IMG/VR virus record: IMGVR_UViG_3300017956_000087
Span: 1-28,675 of that record
Reading direction: 5' to 3' (one strand)
Source of the DNA: a virus
Taxonomy: Duplodnaviria; Caudoviricetes
DNA: 28,675 bases
The notes below the pieces were generated by a model that was given only the letters and a program-made list of their open reading frames with translations, did not search any database and was not told the origin of the DNA. Made by a program: the position numbers and the translations under genes. Below, one piece after another: positions 1-8,935 of this stretch. Each line of letters begins with the position of its first letter. Within the stretch, counting starts at the first letter, position 1.

Positions 1-3000
1 ATAACAGCTGTAAAACATACAGTTGGTAAATATGATAAAATAGATAGAGGTTGGTCAATACCTACTATACCTGATGTAATGATACCACCGAAATCTACTG
101 ATGGAGTTCCTAAACCTCGTAATGTAATGATAAAATTACTAAAAGGTCAAGTAGATGAAGGAAGTGACGAAGAAATTTCAAATGCAAATGAAGATAGATT
201 CGTACCACCTAGACTTGATGTCTATTGGGGTGTACCTTTAAGTCAAAGAACAGATGATAATGGAGACCCAGTAAATTCTCCATACGAACATATAAGGTCT
301 TTTGAAATAGAGCATAATGTAAACAGTCAAGGCGGAGGAGCTAGAGATGGATTTGATAGAGTAGTTATTGACCCGAGCCGACAAAGTTTTACTATACCAA
401 ATGTACCTAAAAGAGGCGAATTTATTGTTAGAATAAGAACTATAAATACTGCAGGTCAGCCTTCTCCATTTGTACAAAGAAGAATAAAAATTAATCCTGA
501 AAAACCTGCAAAAAATCTAGAACCATTTGTTAGAAAAGGTGGAATACTTACAACAGGATTTAATATTGATTCATCAAATGGATTAGTAGAATTTACAGAA
601 AGCACTTATAATTTTACTCCAGCAGAAACAGATTTACAAACAGTAACTGTAACAAGTGGTACAACTGCTCAAACTTCATGTAGCTTTGCTAACTTAGCAA
701 GTGGAAATACAGGATACTTACTATGGGATTATAGTGATACTACTGACCCATTAAAAGCAGTAGAGTATATTACTGATAATACAGGGGCAGATTTATTCAG
801 ATATTCAAAAAATCTAGATGCAAGTGCATTTACTCAAAAAACAGGAACAGCTACAGTAGAAGCAGGAAACACAATTATTCAAGGAACAGGAACTGCTTTC
901 CTTACTGAATATGAAGCAGGGGATTTGTTTATTTTTGATGATAGTGGCTCAAATAGATTTATAGCAACTATCAATCACATTCTTAGCAATACCTATATGC
1001 AAGTTGCTTATACTCCTACTTCAAATTTATCAAGTAAGAATGTATTTGCACAAAGTATTCAACCTAACTTTATAAAAGATACAATTATTGGAGAAGTAGC
1101 AAATACAAGTGGAACATTTTCCATAATAAATTACGCTAGTGGAAACAAGGGAGCGGATGCCTATACAATTAATGGTAGTAATGAAAACCATAATTTTGAA
1201 GCCGCAAATAATGGAGCAGTATCAGACTTTTCAACATTTATAAATAATTATACAGTCAAGAAAGGAACTGTAAGTTATACGTTCGCTAACAGTGGAACTG
1301 CTTTAAATACTTTTGGATTGTCAAAATCAGATTCAAATTGTACTTCAGCAATAAATAGTTCAAATGGTGCTATTACAGTAAGTGCGCTTACAGCAAATGT
1401 AGCTACAATTACTGTAACTATAACAGATTTATATTCAAGCGAAGTTATCGCAACTCGTGTAATTACTTTAGGAAAATCTCAACCAGGAGTAGATGGTCAA
1501 GACGGTCAAGATGGTACTCCAGGAGTAAATGGAGCAGATGGGTCAGATGGAGCAGCAGGAGCAGACGCAAGAACAGTAAATTTAACTGTTGGAGACCAAG
1601 CATTTTCATACTCAAATACAGGAGCTAATCCTTCTCCATCAAGTACAACAGTTACTGCAACAGCGACAAATACAACAGGCACAGTATATTATGAGTTCTT
1701 TTTAAATGATGTAAGTCAACAAAATACAACATCAACTACATACTCATATACTCCACAGTCTTCTTTTGACAATATGCCTGATAAATTAGAAGTACAGATA
1801 AGAGACAATAGTGAGACTACTGTTAAAGCAAGAGACCAATTAACAGTTTATGGAGTAAAACCGGGTACAGACGGTACAGACGGATTAACAGGAGCAAGTA
1901 CAAATATTGTATTTAGAAGAGCTTCATCAGCACCAAGTACTCCTTCTGCTTCTTCTGGTGTTCCCACAGGTTGGAGTGATTCTCCTCCGGCTGGAACAGA
2001 CTTACTCTTTGCTGTAAAAGGTACAAAAGCAGTAGGGGCTACTAATTTTACATGGGGAACAGTATTTCAAGTAGAAGGAACTGCAGTTGCAGAAATTCCA
2101 ATTTATAGAAAAAATAGTAATGCTACACCTTCAGGTGGTAGCTATAACTTTACAACAAACACATTAACAGCACCTTCAGGATGGAGTACAAGCGTTCCGT
2201 CTTTAACTACTGATGGAGATATAGTATATTTAGCAGTTGGTTTATTTTCAGGTTCTCCAGAAGAAACAGCAGCAACTACGACTTGGTCAACACCTGTAGT
2301 ATATGCTCAAAAAACAGACGGTACGGATGGAGATGATGGAGCAGATGCAATAACAATAATACTATCTAATGAAGCTCACACTGTTCCTCAAAGTAATACA
2401 GGAACAGTAACTTATACTGGGTCTGGTACAGATATAATTGTTTTTGACGGAACAACACAAGTTCCTTATGATGGAAGCTCACCTTATGATTCTCCTTCAT
2501 TTAGAGTATCAGCAAGTGGTAGTAGTATCACCCCAGGTTCAGCAAGTACTGTATCTACTTATACTAGAAGATTTGGAAATCACTCATCAATTACAGCTAA
2601 TACTGCGAGTGTTACTTATACAATTACTGTTAAAAACTCAGCAGGAAATGAGTTAACATTTACAAAGAAACAATCAATATCAAAATCTATTGATGGTGTA
2701 GATGGTACTCCAGGAGATGACGGAAATACCGGGCCAAGAACAGCAACTGGTTATATATTCTATCAATCAGCAAGTTCAAGTGCACCAACAAATCCTTCAA
2801 ATGCAGGTGTATCATATAACTTCAGCACTAGCTTACTAAGTGGCGGAGTCATAGGTACAGGTTCGACAAATTGGAATCAAATACAACCAACATACACAGG
2901 TAGCAACTCTAATAAATATTGGTACGCATACTTTAGTGTTGTTGAAGATAGTTTTGGAGATAGTACTCCAACGATTACATTCTCACAAGCATATCAAGGA

Positions 3001-5493
3001 CAAAACTTTACAGGACTTGTAACATTTACAGGAACCAATTCAATATCAGATGGTACTAATACTCACACAGGAATAACCTCCTCAGATTTAGGGTCAAGTG
3101 GTACTACAACAATTGATGGCGGAAGAATAACAACAGGAACAATAGATGCCGCAAGAATTAGTATAGCAGGTAAAAATATATCAGACCTTAATAATGATGA
3201 AGGGTACACAGATGATACAGCAGCTAATAACGCAGCTAACACTGCTTCAGCAGCTTATGGACAAGCTAATAATGCAGCTAACAGTGCTTCAGATGCAGCT
3301 AACAGTGCTGCAGCAGCTCAAAGTACCGCAGACTCAAAAGTAACTCATGCTGCAGTAAATGCTTCATCAACTATTGTTGGAGGAGGTGTTGGCGGCTGGG
3401 GTATAACTACTTACCATATAGCTGGTGGTGCACAATCAAGTTCAAGTACTAGAAACTTTAATGTAGGAACTTCTATTTCTGGTAATGCTACATTCTTAGC
3501 AAATGGAGGAATTTTACTAGGGTCAGATGGGTTTATTTCAGCAAAGCAGTTTTATATAGATACTGATGGTAATGCAAAGTTCAAAGGAGATATTACTGGA
3601 GCATCAGGAACATTCTCAGGAAGTATATCCGTAGATGCTTTCAACAGTGGTTACACAGGTTCTGATGCAGAATCAGATGCAAGTGATGCAGCTAATGCAG
3701 CTTCAGATGCAGCTAACACTGCTTCATCAGCTTTTGGAGCAGCTAATAACGCAGCTAACACAGCAGGTGATGCTTATGGAGCAGCTAATAACGCAGCTAA
3801 CACTGCAAGTGGTGCTTTTGGAGCAGCTAATAACGCGGCTAATACAGCAAGTGATGCTTATGGAGCAGCTAATAACGCGGCTAATACAGCAAGTGATGCT
3901 TATGGACAAGCTAATAATGCAGCTAACAGTGCTGCAGCAGCCCAAAGTACTGCAGACTCAAAAGTAACACACGCTGCAGTAAATGCTTCATCAACTATAG
4001 TTGGTGGCGGTGTCGGTGGTTGGGGAATAACAACCTATCACTTAGCAGGTGGTGCACAAGCAAACTCAACTACTAGAAACTTTTCAACAGGTACATCAAC
4101 TTCAGGTAATGCCACATTCTTAGCAAATGGTGGTATCATAATGGGGTCAGATGGTTTCCTTTCTTCTAATACTTTCTACATTGATACAGCAGGAAATGCT
4201 AAATTTAAAGGTACATTAGAAGGTGATAATGTAACTGTAAACGGAACGCTTGTATTACCTTCAGAAGGTGCAAATGTAAATGGTAGTGTTATTGGTTCTT
4301 GGGCTACAAACATTATGTCTAACAACTTTGTTACAGAAGTAGGTAGTGGCCCAGGGTTTTATCAAGGTTTTGTAAGAGTTACAGGGGGAACACACTATGT
4401 TAAAACTGTAAGTATTCAAATTAGAACTGGTACTTCTACTGGCAGCCAAGGAACTCTAATATATGAAACACCAAGAATTGACCAATATACTGCAGGTAAT
4501 ATTTCAGAAGCTAGACTTTATGCAAATACATCACCAGTAGCTTCAGGTAATATGCCAATAGCATTTACTTACACAGGCTCAGGTAGTGTATCAGTATTTG
4601 TTAGAGCACAAGCAGATACCGGACCTGACACATTAGGTATAGGTGAAGCTAGATTTATTAAGTTCGGTACAACAGACCCAGTATTTAGTTTTGCTAATCA
4701 AGCAGGAGCAGCATTAAATACAGCGATATATTCAAATACACAAGTTGTTGGAGGATTTGCAGGAACAAAGACAGTAAATATTTCTAATACTTCATTTACA
4801 AGATTTAAAATCGATAATGGAAGTTTTGGAACAGCAAATGCTCAGATTGCAAACGGAAGTTATATTAATGTTGAAATTACTTCAGCCAGTGCTAATTTAA
4901 CAACCAGGGAGACAACCGTACTAATAGGACGAACTTCAGAAGTTTATTCAGTAACAACTGGAGGCACTGGCGGCGGTACACCACCTGGCGGCGGTGGCGG
5001 TTGTTTCGTACAAGGAACTCCTGTCGTTATGGCTGATGGAACTACAAAAGCAATAGAAGATGTAACTACTGGAGAAAGTGTAAAATCATTTAGACATTCA
5101 AGTTTATCACTTGATGAAGATGCTTGGGAAACTTGGACAACTTCAGAAATTGCAAACGGAAGTTTTGGAACATCAAATGTTACTTTAGTAACAGACCCAC
5201 ATCAACATACAAATTATTATTGGGTTAACTACAACTTAAAAGTTACAAATGAACATCCTATGTTAGCCTTTAAAGATAATGTATTTAAATTTGTAAGAGT
5301 AGAAGATTTAGAAATAGGAGATTATCTAATTAGAGAAAATGGTACAAGAGAAGAAATATTTGCTATACCACGAATATACCAAGATTGTATTACACACAAC
5401 ATGGATGTAGAAGATGATGATACTTATGTTGTAAGAGGTGGAAACGGTATTGGGTATATAGCACATAACGTAGAAAATGAGCAGAAGGCATAA
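1..5493 (+). CDS. Tail tip / host-specificity protein J-like central fibre (5'-truncated), with collagen-like linkers, coiled-coil repeats and a C-terminal Hint domain
   Basis: Frame 1 is open from base 1 (ITAVKHTVGKYDKIDRGW, resembling the J-protein 'ItA.eh..gKy..ie' motif), so the ORF-track start at 79 is probably internal. FN3-like segment (FIVRIRTINTAGQPSPF), Gly-X-Asp triplet linkers, TTIDGGRITTGTIDAARI fibre motif, and position upstream of the collar/side-fibre genes as in T5. Confidence 0.8.
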   Translation: MTAVKHTVGKYDKIDRGWSIPTIPDVMIPPKSTDGVPKPRNVMIKLLKGQVDEGSDEEISNANEDRFVPPRLDVYWGVPLSQRTDDNGDPVNSPYEHIRSFEIEHNVNSQGGGARDGFDRVVIDPSRQSFTIPNVPKRGEFIVRIRTINTAGQPSPFVQRRIKINPEKPAKNLEPFVRKGGILTTGFNIDSSNGLVEFTESTYNFTPAETDLQTVTVTSGTTAQTSCSFANLASGNTGYLLWDYSDTTDPLKAVEYITDNTGADLFRYSKNLDASAFTQKTGTATVEAGNTIIQGTGTAFLTEYEAGDLFIFDDSGSNRFIATINHILSNTYMQVAYTPTSNLSSKNVFAQSIQPNFIKDTIIGEVANTSGTFSIINYASGNKGADAYTINGSNENHNFEAANNGAVSDFSTFINNYTVKKGTVSYTFANSGTALNTFGLSKSDSNCTSAINSSNGAITVSALTANVATITVTITDLYSSEVIATRVITLGKSQPGVDGQDGQDGTPGVNGADGSDGAAGADARTVNLTVGDQAFSYSNTGANPSPSSTTVTATATNTTGTVYYEFFLNDVSQQNTTSTTYSYTPQSSFDNMPDKLEVQIRDNSETTVKARDQLTVYGVKPGTDGTDGLTGASTNIVFRRASSAPSTPSASSGVPTGWSDSPPAGTDLLFAVKGTKAVGATNFTWGTVFQVEGTAVAEIPIYRKNSNATPSGGSYNFTTNTLTAPSGWSTSVPSLTTDGDIVYLAVGLFSGSPEETAATTTWSTPVVYAQKTDGTDGDDGADAITIILSNEAHTVPQSNTGTVTYTGSGTDIIVFDGTTQVPYDGSSPYDSPSFRVSASGSSITPGSASTVSTYTRRFGNHSSITANTASVTYTITVKNSAGNELTFTKKQSISKSIDGVDGTPGDDGNTGPRTATGYIFYQSASSSAPTNPSNAGVSYNFSTSLLSGGVIGTGSTNWNQIQPTYTGSNSNKYWYAYFSVVEDSFGDSTPTITFSQAYQGQNFTGLVTFTGTNSISDGTNTHTGITSSDLGSSGTTTIDGGRITTGTIDAARISIAGKNISDLNNDEGYTDDTAANNAANTASAAYGQANNAANSASDAANSAAAAQSTADSKVTHAAVNASSTIVGGGVGGWGITTYHIAGGAQSSSSTRNFNVGTSISGNATFLANGGILLGSDGFISAKQFYIDTDGNAKFKGDITGASGTFSGSISVDAFNSGYTGSDAESDASDAANAASDAANTASSAFGAANNAANTAGDAYGAANNAANTASGAFGAANNAANTASDAYGAANNAANTASDAYGQANNAANSAAAAQSTADSKVTHAAVNASSTIVGGGVGGWGITTYHLAGGAQANSTTRNFSTGTSTSGNATFLANGGIIMGSDGFLSSNTFYIDTAGNAKFKGTLEGDNVTVNGTLVLPSEGANVNGSVIGSWATNIMSNNFVTEVGSGPGFYQGFVRVTGGTHYVKTVSIQIRTGTSTGSQGTLIYETPRIDQYTAGNISEARLYANTSPVASGNMPIAFTYTGSGSVSVFVRAQADTGPDTLGIGEARFIKFGTTDPVFSFANQAGAALNTAIYSNTQVVGGFAGTKTVNISNTSFTRFKIDNGSFGTANAQIANGSYINVEITSASANLTTRETTVLIGRTSEVYSVTTGGTGGGTPPGGGGGCFVQGTPVVMADGTTKAIEDVTTGESVKSFRHSSLSLDEDAWETWTTSEIANGSFGTSNVTLVTDPHQHTNYYWVNYNLKVTNEHPMLAFKDNVFKFVRVEDLEIGDYLIRENGTREEIFAIPRIYQDCITHNMDVEDDDTYVVRGGNGIGYIAHNVENEQKA
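1486..1566 (+). repeat. Collagen-like Gly-X-Y linker (GVDGQDGQDGTPGVNGADGSDGAAGAD)
   Basis: Nine consecutive Gly-X-Y triplets; shorter GTDG/GDDG runs recur near 1864, 2320 and 2695, separating globular modules. Confidence 0.8.
3220..4212 (+). repeat. Internal duplication of a ~120-aa module, with tandem 14-aa (42-bp) Ala/Asn coiled-coil repeats
   Basis: AAAAQSTADSKVTHAAVNASSTIVGGGVGGWGITTYH...GNATFLANGG...GSDGF...FYIDT.GNAKFKG occurs twice (~3220-3588 and ~3865-4212). GAANNAANTASDAY-type 14-mers are tandem at 3736-3903, with partial copies on each side. Confidence 0.9.
5002..5469 (+). other. Hint / bacterial intein-like (BIL) autoprocessing domain at the C-terminus of the tail tip protein
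   Basis: Block A CFVQGTPVVMADGTTKAIEDVTTGESV after a poly-Gly linker; block B VTNEHPM (TxxH); block F HNMDVEDDDTYVV; terminal His-Asn (IAHN). 156 aa with no endonuclease insert; the +1 residue is Val. Confidence 0.9.
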
Positions 5494-5495
5494 TT

Positions 5496-5945
5496 ATGAA
5501 TCATATAATACAAACAGGAACAGATAGCGAAGGAAACGCAATAACAACAACACTAGATGTACAATTTACTTTTACTTATGAGTTTGCTGGACACGAAACA
5601 CAAAATTTTGCAAACAATCAAGAGATGCCTAGAATATTTGAGAACGACATGGTAAAAACAGTACTTGTAAAAGTAACAGGAGTTGATAGTACTACGGCAA
5701 ATGCAGCACATTTAGTAGAAGGACAAGCAGACCAAACATATGAAGAAATAGTAACAGTACCACTACCTTGGAGAGCAAAAGCAGGTGGTCAACTTTCTGG
5801 ATTTATAACTCCTTATGAAAATGTAACTGAAACTATGATGTTAAATTGGGCAAAAGATAGATTATTAGAACAGGAGGTAGTTGATGCGTTTACAATAAAT
5901 TTTGCTACTGCTTTGTACGGTCATAGATATCATGTTCCTCAGTAA
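5496..5945 (+). CDS. Hypothetical phage protein, possible tail-fibre assembly chaperone
   Basis: 149-aa ORF 2 nt after the tip gene; FITPYENVTETMMLNWAK resembles the 'F.p.e.lTe..vl.W' motif of small proteins that follow phage fibre genes. Confidence 0.55.
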   Translation: MNHIIQTGTDSEGNAITTTLDVQFTFTYEFAGHETQNFANNQEMPRIFENDMVKTVLVKVTGVDSTTANAAHLVEGQADQTYEEIVTVPLPWRAKAGGQLSGFITPYENVTETMMLNWAKDRLLEQEVVDAFTINFATALYGHRYHVPQ

Positions 5946-5979
5946 TTTTGGTGTAATAACTACCCCGCAAAAATAGTTC

Positions 5980-6008
5980 TTGACATCACCTCATATTTTT
6001 GATATAAT
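5980..6008 (+). promoter_or_regulatory. Consensus sigma70 promoter (TTGACA-17 bp-TATAAT)
   Basis: TTGACA at 5980-5985, 17-nt spacer, TATAAT at 6003-6008, A-tract just upstream. It lies in the only sizeable intergenic gap and is followed by AGGAG (6018-6022) and ATG at 6030. Confidence 0.92.
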
Positions 6009-6029
6009 TTAGCATATAGGAGTATAAAT

Positions 6030-6368
6030 ATGGCAGCAGGAAATTATGATATAGTTATTGATCAGGGCTCAGACTTTGCGCTCTCAATCACTATTGCCGA
6101 AGATGGCGAGCTAGTAAACTTAGGTAGTCATACTGTTTCGGCACAACTTCGTCCTACCCCATCATCTAATACCCTATCAGCAACATTTACTTGTACGGTT
6201 ACTGACTCAGCAAACGGTGCAATAAAAATGAGCTTACCACACGCTACTACAGCAAATATATCTTCAGGTAAATACTATTATGATTTAGAAGTATATAATT
6301 CTAGTGCTAATACTATCACTAGATTACTTCAAGGTGTAGCGAGAGTAACACAAGAGGTAACGCGCTAA
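6030..6368 (+). CDS. Side-fibre collar / attachment protein (T5 p132/LtfC- or BppU-N-like Ig fold)
   Basis: YDIVIDQGSDF...GKYYYDLEV...TRLLQGVARVTQEVTR motif pattern; syntenic with T5 p132 between the central fibre and the side fibre; strong RBS. Confidence 0.7.
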   Translation: MAAGNYDIVIDQGSDFALSITIAEDGELVNLGSHTVSAQLRPTPSSNTLSATFTCTVTDSANGAIKMSLPHATTANISSGKYYYDLEVYNSSANTITRLLQGVARVTQEVTR

Positions 6369-6748
6369 TGGCAACAACAATAACTATAACTCCTAGTACA
6401 ACTTCTATAAATGCCACGGCACAAACTACAACTCTTACTATATCATCAACAGTTGGAGGAGATGTATCAGATGCCTCTGCTATAACATTCTCAAGTCCTG
6501 TAGGGACTCTTGAAGGGCAGAACACTGTACAAGGCGCGCTCAATTTTTTAGCAAATCAATTTTATGTTGCAACAACAGCACCAACTGCAAATACAACTAA
6601 TTTAGCAGAAGGTGATTTATTTTACGATACTGACGACAATCAGTTAAAGATTTACCGTGAAACATCAAGTGGAACATTTGGATTTGTTCCTATAATGATA
6701 GGCAACGATTCAGCGGACTCAGACACGGTAGACGCAGGGAGCTTTTAA
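6368..6748 (+). CDS. Short tail-fibre proximal segment / adaptor
   Basis: Thr-rich N-terminus; TTAPTA...EGDLFYDTDDNQLKIY fibre motif; ends in DAGSF; TAATG-coupled to the upstream gene. Confidence 0.6.
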   Translation: MATTITITPSTTSINATAQTTTLTISSTVGGDVSDASAITFSSPVGTLEGQNTVQGALNFLANQFYVATTAPTANTTNLAEGDLFYDTDDNQLKIYRETSSGTFGFVPIMIGNDSADSDTVDAGSF

Positions 6749-6766
6749 GCTCGATAGGAAATAATC

Positions 6767-8386
6767 ATGGCACAAACCATTAAAATTAAAAGAAGTAGCA
6801 GTACCGCCGCTCCTACCTCACTTAGTGCTGGTGAATTAGCTTATTCGTCTAATTCTAAGAAGCTCTTTGTAGGTCATCCGAGCAGTGCAGCTGTAACAAC
6901 AATTGGTGGAGATTTATATGTAGAAATGCTCGACCATACAGCTGGTACACTTACAGCAAGTTCAGCAATAGTAGTAGATTCTTCTAGTAAAGTAGACAGA
7001 TTACTAACTGGTGCTACAGCTATAACAGGTGCTAATAATACGTTAGCAACTACTGCTTCTGCTTTAACAATCAAAACCGTAACAAGCGGAAACTTAACAG
7101 TTTCATCTGCAGGAGATTTAATACTTGCTCATGGTGGAACTTTAAATCTAGCAAGTCAATCAAATTCCTTAACTATTATAGATGATAATGCTGCAGCTTT
7201 AGATATTAATGAAGGCGGAACCTCATATATTAAATTAATAACTACTAATGGCGCAGAAGAAATAGAATTAGGAAAAAATGTAGACTTGAATGGTACATTA
7301 GATGTATCAAGTTCAGCAACTGTAAATTCTCTAAGTTCAAACGGAGCAATATCAGCAGCTGGCAATTTAACAATTAATACAAATAAATTTACAGTAACAA
7401 GCGGAGAAGGTAATACTTCTATAGCAGGTACACTTGGTGTAACTAATGCTGCTACTTTCTCTGATAGTTTAACTGTTACAGGAGCATTGACAGGTAATGG
7501 AAATGTTACTTTAGGTAATGCTTCAGGCGATACAATAACAGTAACAGGTACAGCAACATTTGCTGAATCAGCTGACTTTGACGGTGGCTTAACAGTTGCA
7601 GGCTCACAAACAGTTGATATGGGTGGTAACAGAGTAACCAATATTGGTACTCCATCACAAGCAACTGATGCTACAACTAAAGCATATGTTGATAGTGTAA
7701 AACAAGCACTAGATATTAAAGATTCAGTAAGAGTCGCAACAACAGCCGCACTAACAGCTACTTATAACAATGGAACAGGTGGTGTAGGTGCAACACTTAC
7801 AGCAGATGCTAATGGTGCAGTATCAATTGACAGTATTTCTTTATCTTCAGGAGATAGAGTACTTGTTAAAAATCAATCAGATGCTAGTGAAAATGGTATC
7901 TACTCTGTAACAACAGTTGGTGATGTATCAAATCCATTTGTATTAACAAGAACAATAGACGCAGATAGTTCATCAGAAGTTACTGGTGGTATGTTTACTT
8001 TCGTAGAGGAAGGAACCAATGCAGACGCAGGTTTTGTACTTTCAAACATAACTGGCTCCGCAACAATCGGTACTGACAACCTAACAATGACTCAGTTCTC
8101 AGGAGCTGGTAGTGTTACTGCTGGAGATGGTTTAGCAAAATCAGGAAACACACTTTCAGTCAATGTTGATGATACTACAATTGAAATCAATTCTGATAGT
8201 TTAAGATTAAAAGGACTTTCAAATTTATCAGAAGGTGATATAATTTACGGAGCAAATGGAGGTAGTTCATTTACTCAACTTTCAATAGGAACATATGACA
8301 GCACTAACTCAGTAGGACAAGTCTTACAAGTAGGTGCTAATGGAACAATAACATGGTCAAACACATTAGACGGAGGAACATTCTAA
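6767..8386 (+). CDS. Tail fibre protein with Mtd-N-like N-terminal domain
   Basis: N-terminal IKIKRSSSTAAPTSLSAGELAYS...KLFVG; beta-rich G.LTV repeats; DATTKAYVD motif; SVRVATTA...GDRVLVKNQ...ENGIY...FTFVEEGT fibre domain; ends in LDGGTF. Confidence 0.8.
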   Translation: MAQTIKIKRSSSTAAPTSLSAGELAYSSNSKKLFVGHPSSAAVTTIGGDLYVEMLDHTAGTLTASSAIVVDSSSKVDRLLTGATAITGANNTLATTASALTIKTVTSGNLTVSSAGDLILAHGGTLNLASQSNSLTIIDDNAAALDINEGGTSYIKLITTNGAEEIELGKNVDLNGTLDVSSSATVNSLSSNGAISAAGNLTINTNKFTVTSGEGNTSIAGTLGVTNAATFSDSLTVTGALTGNGNVTLGNASGDTITVTGTATFAESADFDGGLTVAGSQTVDMGGNRVTNIGTPSQATDATTKAYVDSVKQALDIKDSVRVATTAALTATYNNGTGGVGATLTADANGAVSIDSISLSSGDRVLVKNQSDASENGIYSVTTVGDVSNPFVLTRTIDADSSSEVTGGMFTFVEEGTNADAGFVLSNITGSATIGTDNLTMTQFSGAGSVTAGDGLAKSGNTLSVNVDDTTIEINSDSLRLKGLSNLSEGDIIYGANGGSSFTQLSIGTYDSTNSVGQVLQVGANGTITWSNTLDGGTF

Positions 8387-8387
8387 T

Positions 8388-8597
8388 ATGGCACATGTCT
8401 TTAAAATAAAAAGGTCTGAAACAGCAAGTAGTACGCCAGGAACAGATGATTTGCAAACACACGAAATTGCAATGAATGTTACTGACCAAAAGATTTATAC
8501 AAAAGCAGCAAATGGGAGTATTGTGACTATTGCAAGTCACAATCCCGATGCTTTAACAACACAAGACTTACTTGCTTTCTCAATCGCATTAGGATAG
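8388..8597 (+). CDS. Small fibre adaptor (Mtd-N-like domain plus C-terminal AFSIALG)
   Basis: FKIKRSETASSTPGTDDLQTHEIAMNVTDQKIY is paralogous to the N-terminus of the preceding gene; tightly coupled to its neighbours. Confidence 0.65.
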   Translation: MAHVFKIKRSETASSTPGTDDLQTHEIAMNVTDQKIYTKAANGSIVTIASHNPDALTTQDLLAFSIALG

Positions 8598-8601
8598 AAT
8601 T

Positions 8602-8934
8602 ATGGCATCAGCATTTAAAACCGCAACAGCAACAAGCGTTGGTACAAGTTTAACTTCAGTTTATACTTGTCCTTCAGCAACAACTGTAACAATAATCGGA
8701 CTTTATCTATGTAATCAAAGCGGTGGCGCAGTAGAAGCGAATGTTGAATTTTACGATGCAAGTTCAGCTACTCATGTTGGACTCATTTCGCAAACAGAAA
8801 TACCAGGTGCATCAACACTAGCTCCAATCGGGGGCGATGCCAAAGTAGTACTAGAAGCAGGGGATATAATAAAAGTACAATCCAATATTGCTTCATCAAT
8901 AGATGTAGTACTAAGTTATTTGGAGCAAACATAA
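8602..8934 (+). CDS. Small virion structural / fibre adaptor protein
   Basis: 110-aa all-beta pattern (VYTCPSATTVTIIGLYLCN...IPGASTL...KVVLEAGDIIKV...DVVLSYLEQT) that I recall following '...AIALG'-ending genes in marine phages. Confidence 0.6.
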   Translation: MASAFKTATATSVGTSLTSVYTCPSATTVTIIGLYLCNQSGGAVEANVEFYDASSATHVGLISQTEIPGASTLAPIGGDAKVVLEAGDIIKVQSNIASSIDVVLSYLEQT

Positions 8935-8935
8935 T

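Noticed and set aside
5002-5469. Canonical mobile intein
   Set aside because: No homing endonuclease, the +1 residue is Val, and only 7 aa of C-extein follow; it fits a BIL-type Hint domain instead.
5944-5975. Possible terminator after the 149-aa gene (TTTTG...CAAAA)
   Set aside because: The stem is weak and there is no following U-tract; the A-tract is better explained as part of the promoter's upstream region.
6767-8597. Diversity-generating retroelement suggested by the Mtd-N-like domains
   Set aside because: No reverse transcriptase, no TR/VR pair differing at adenines and no C-type lectin domain is visible in the window.
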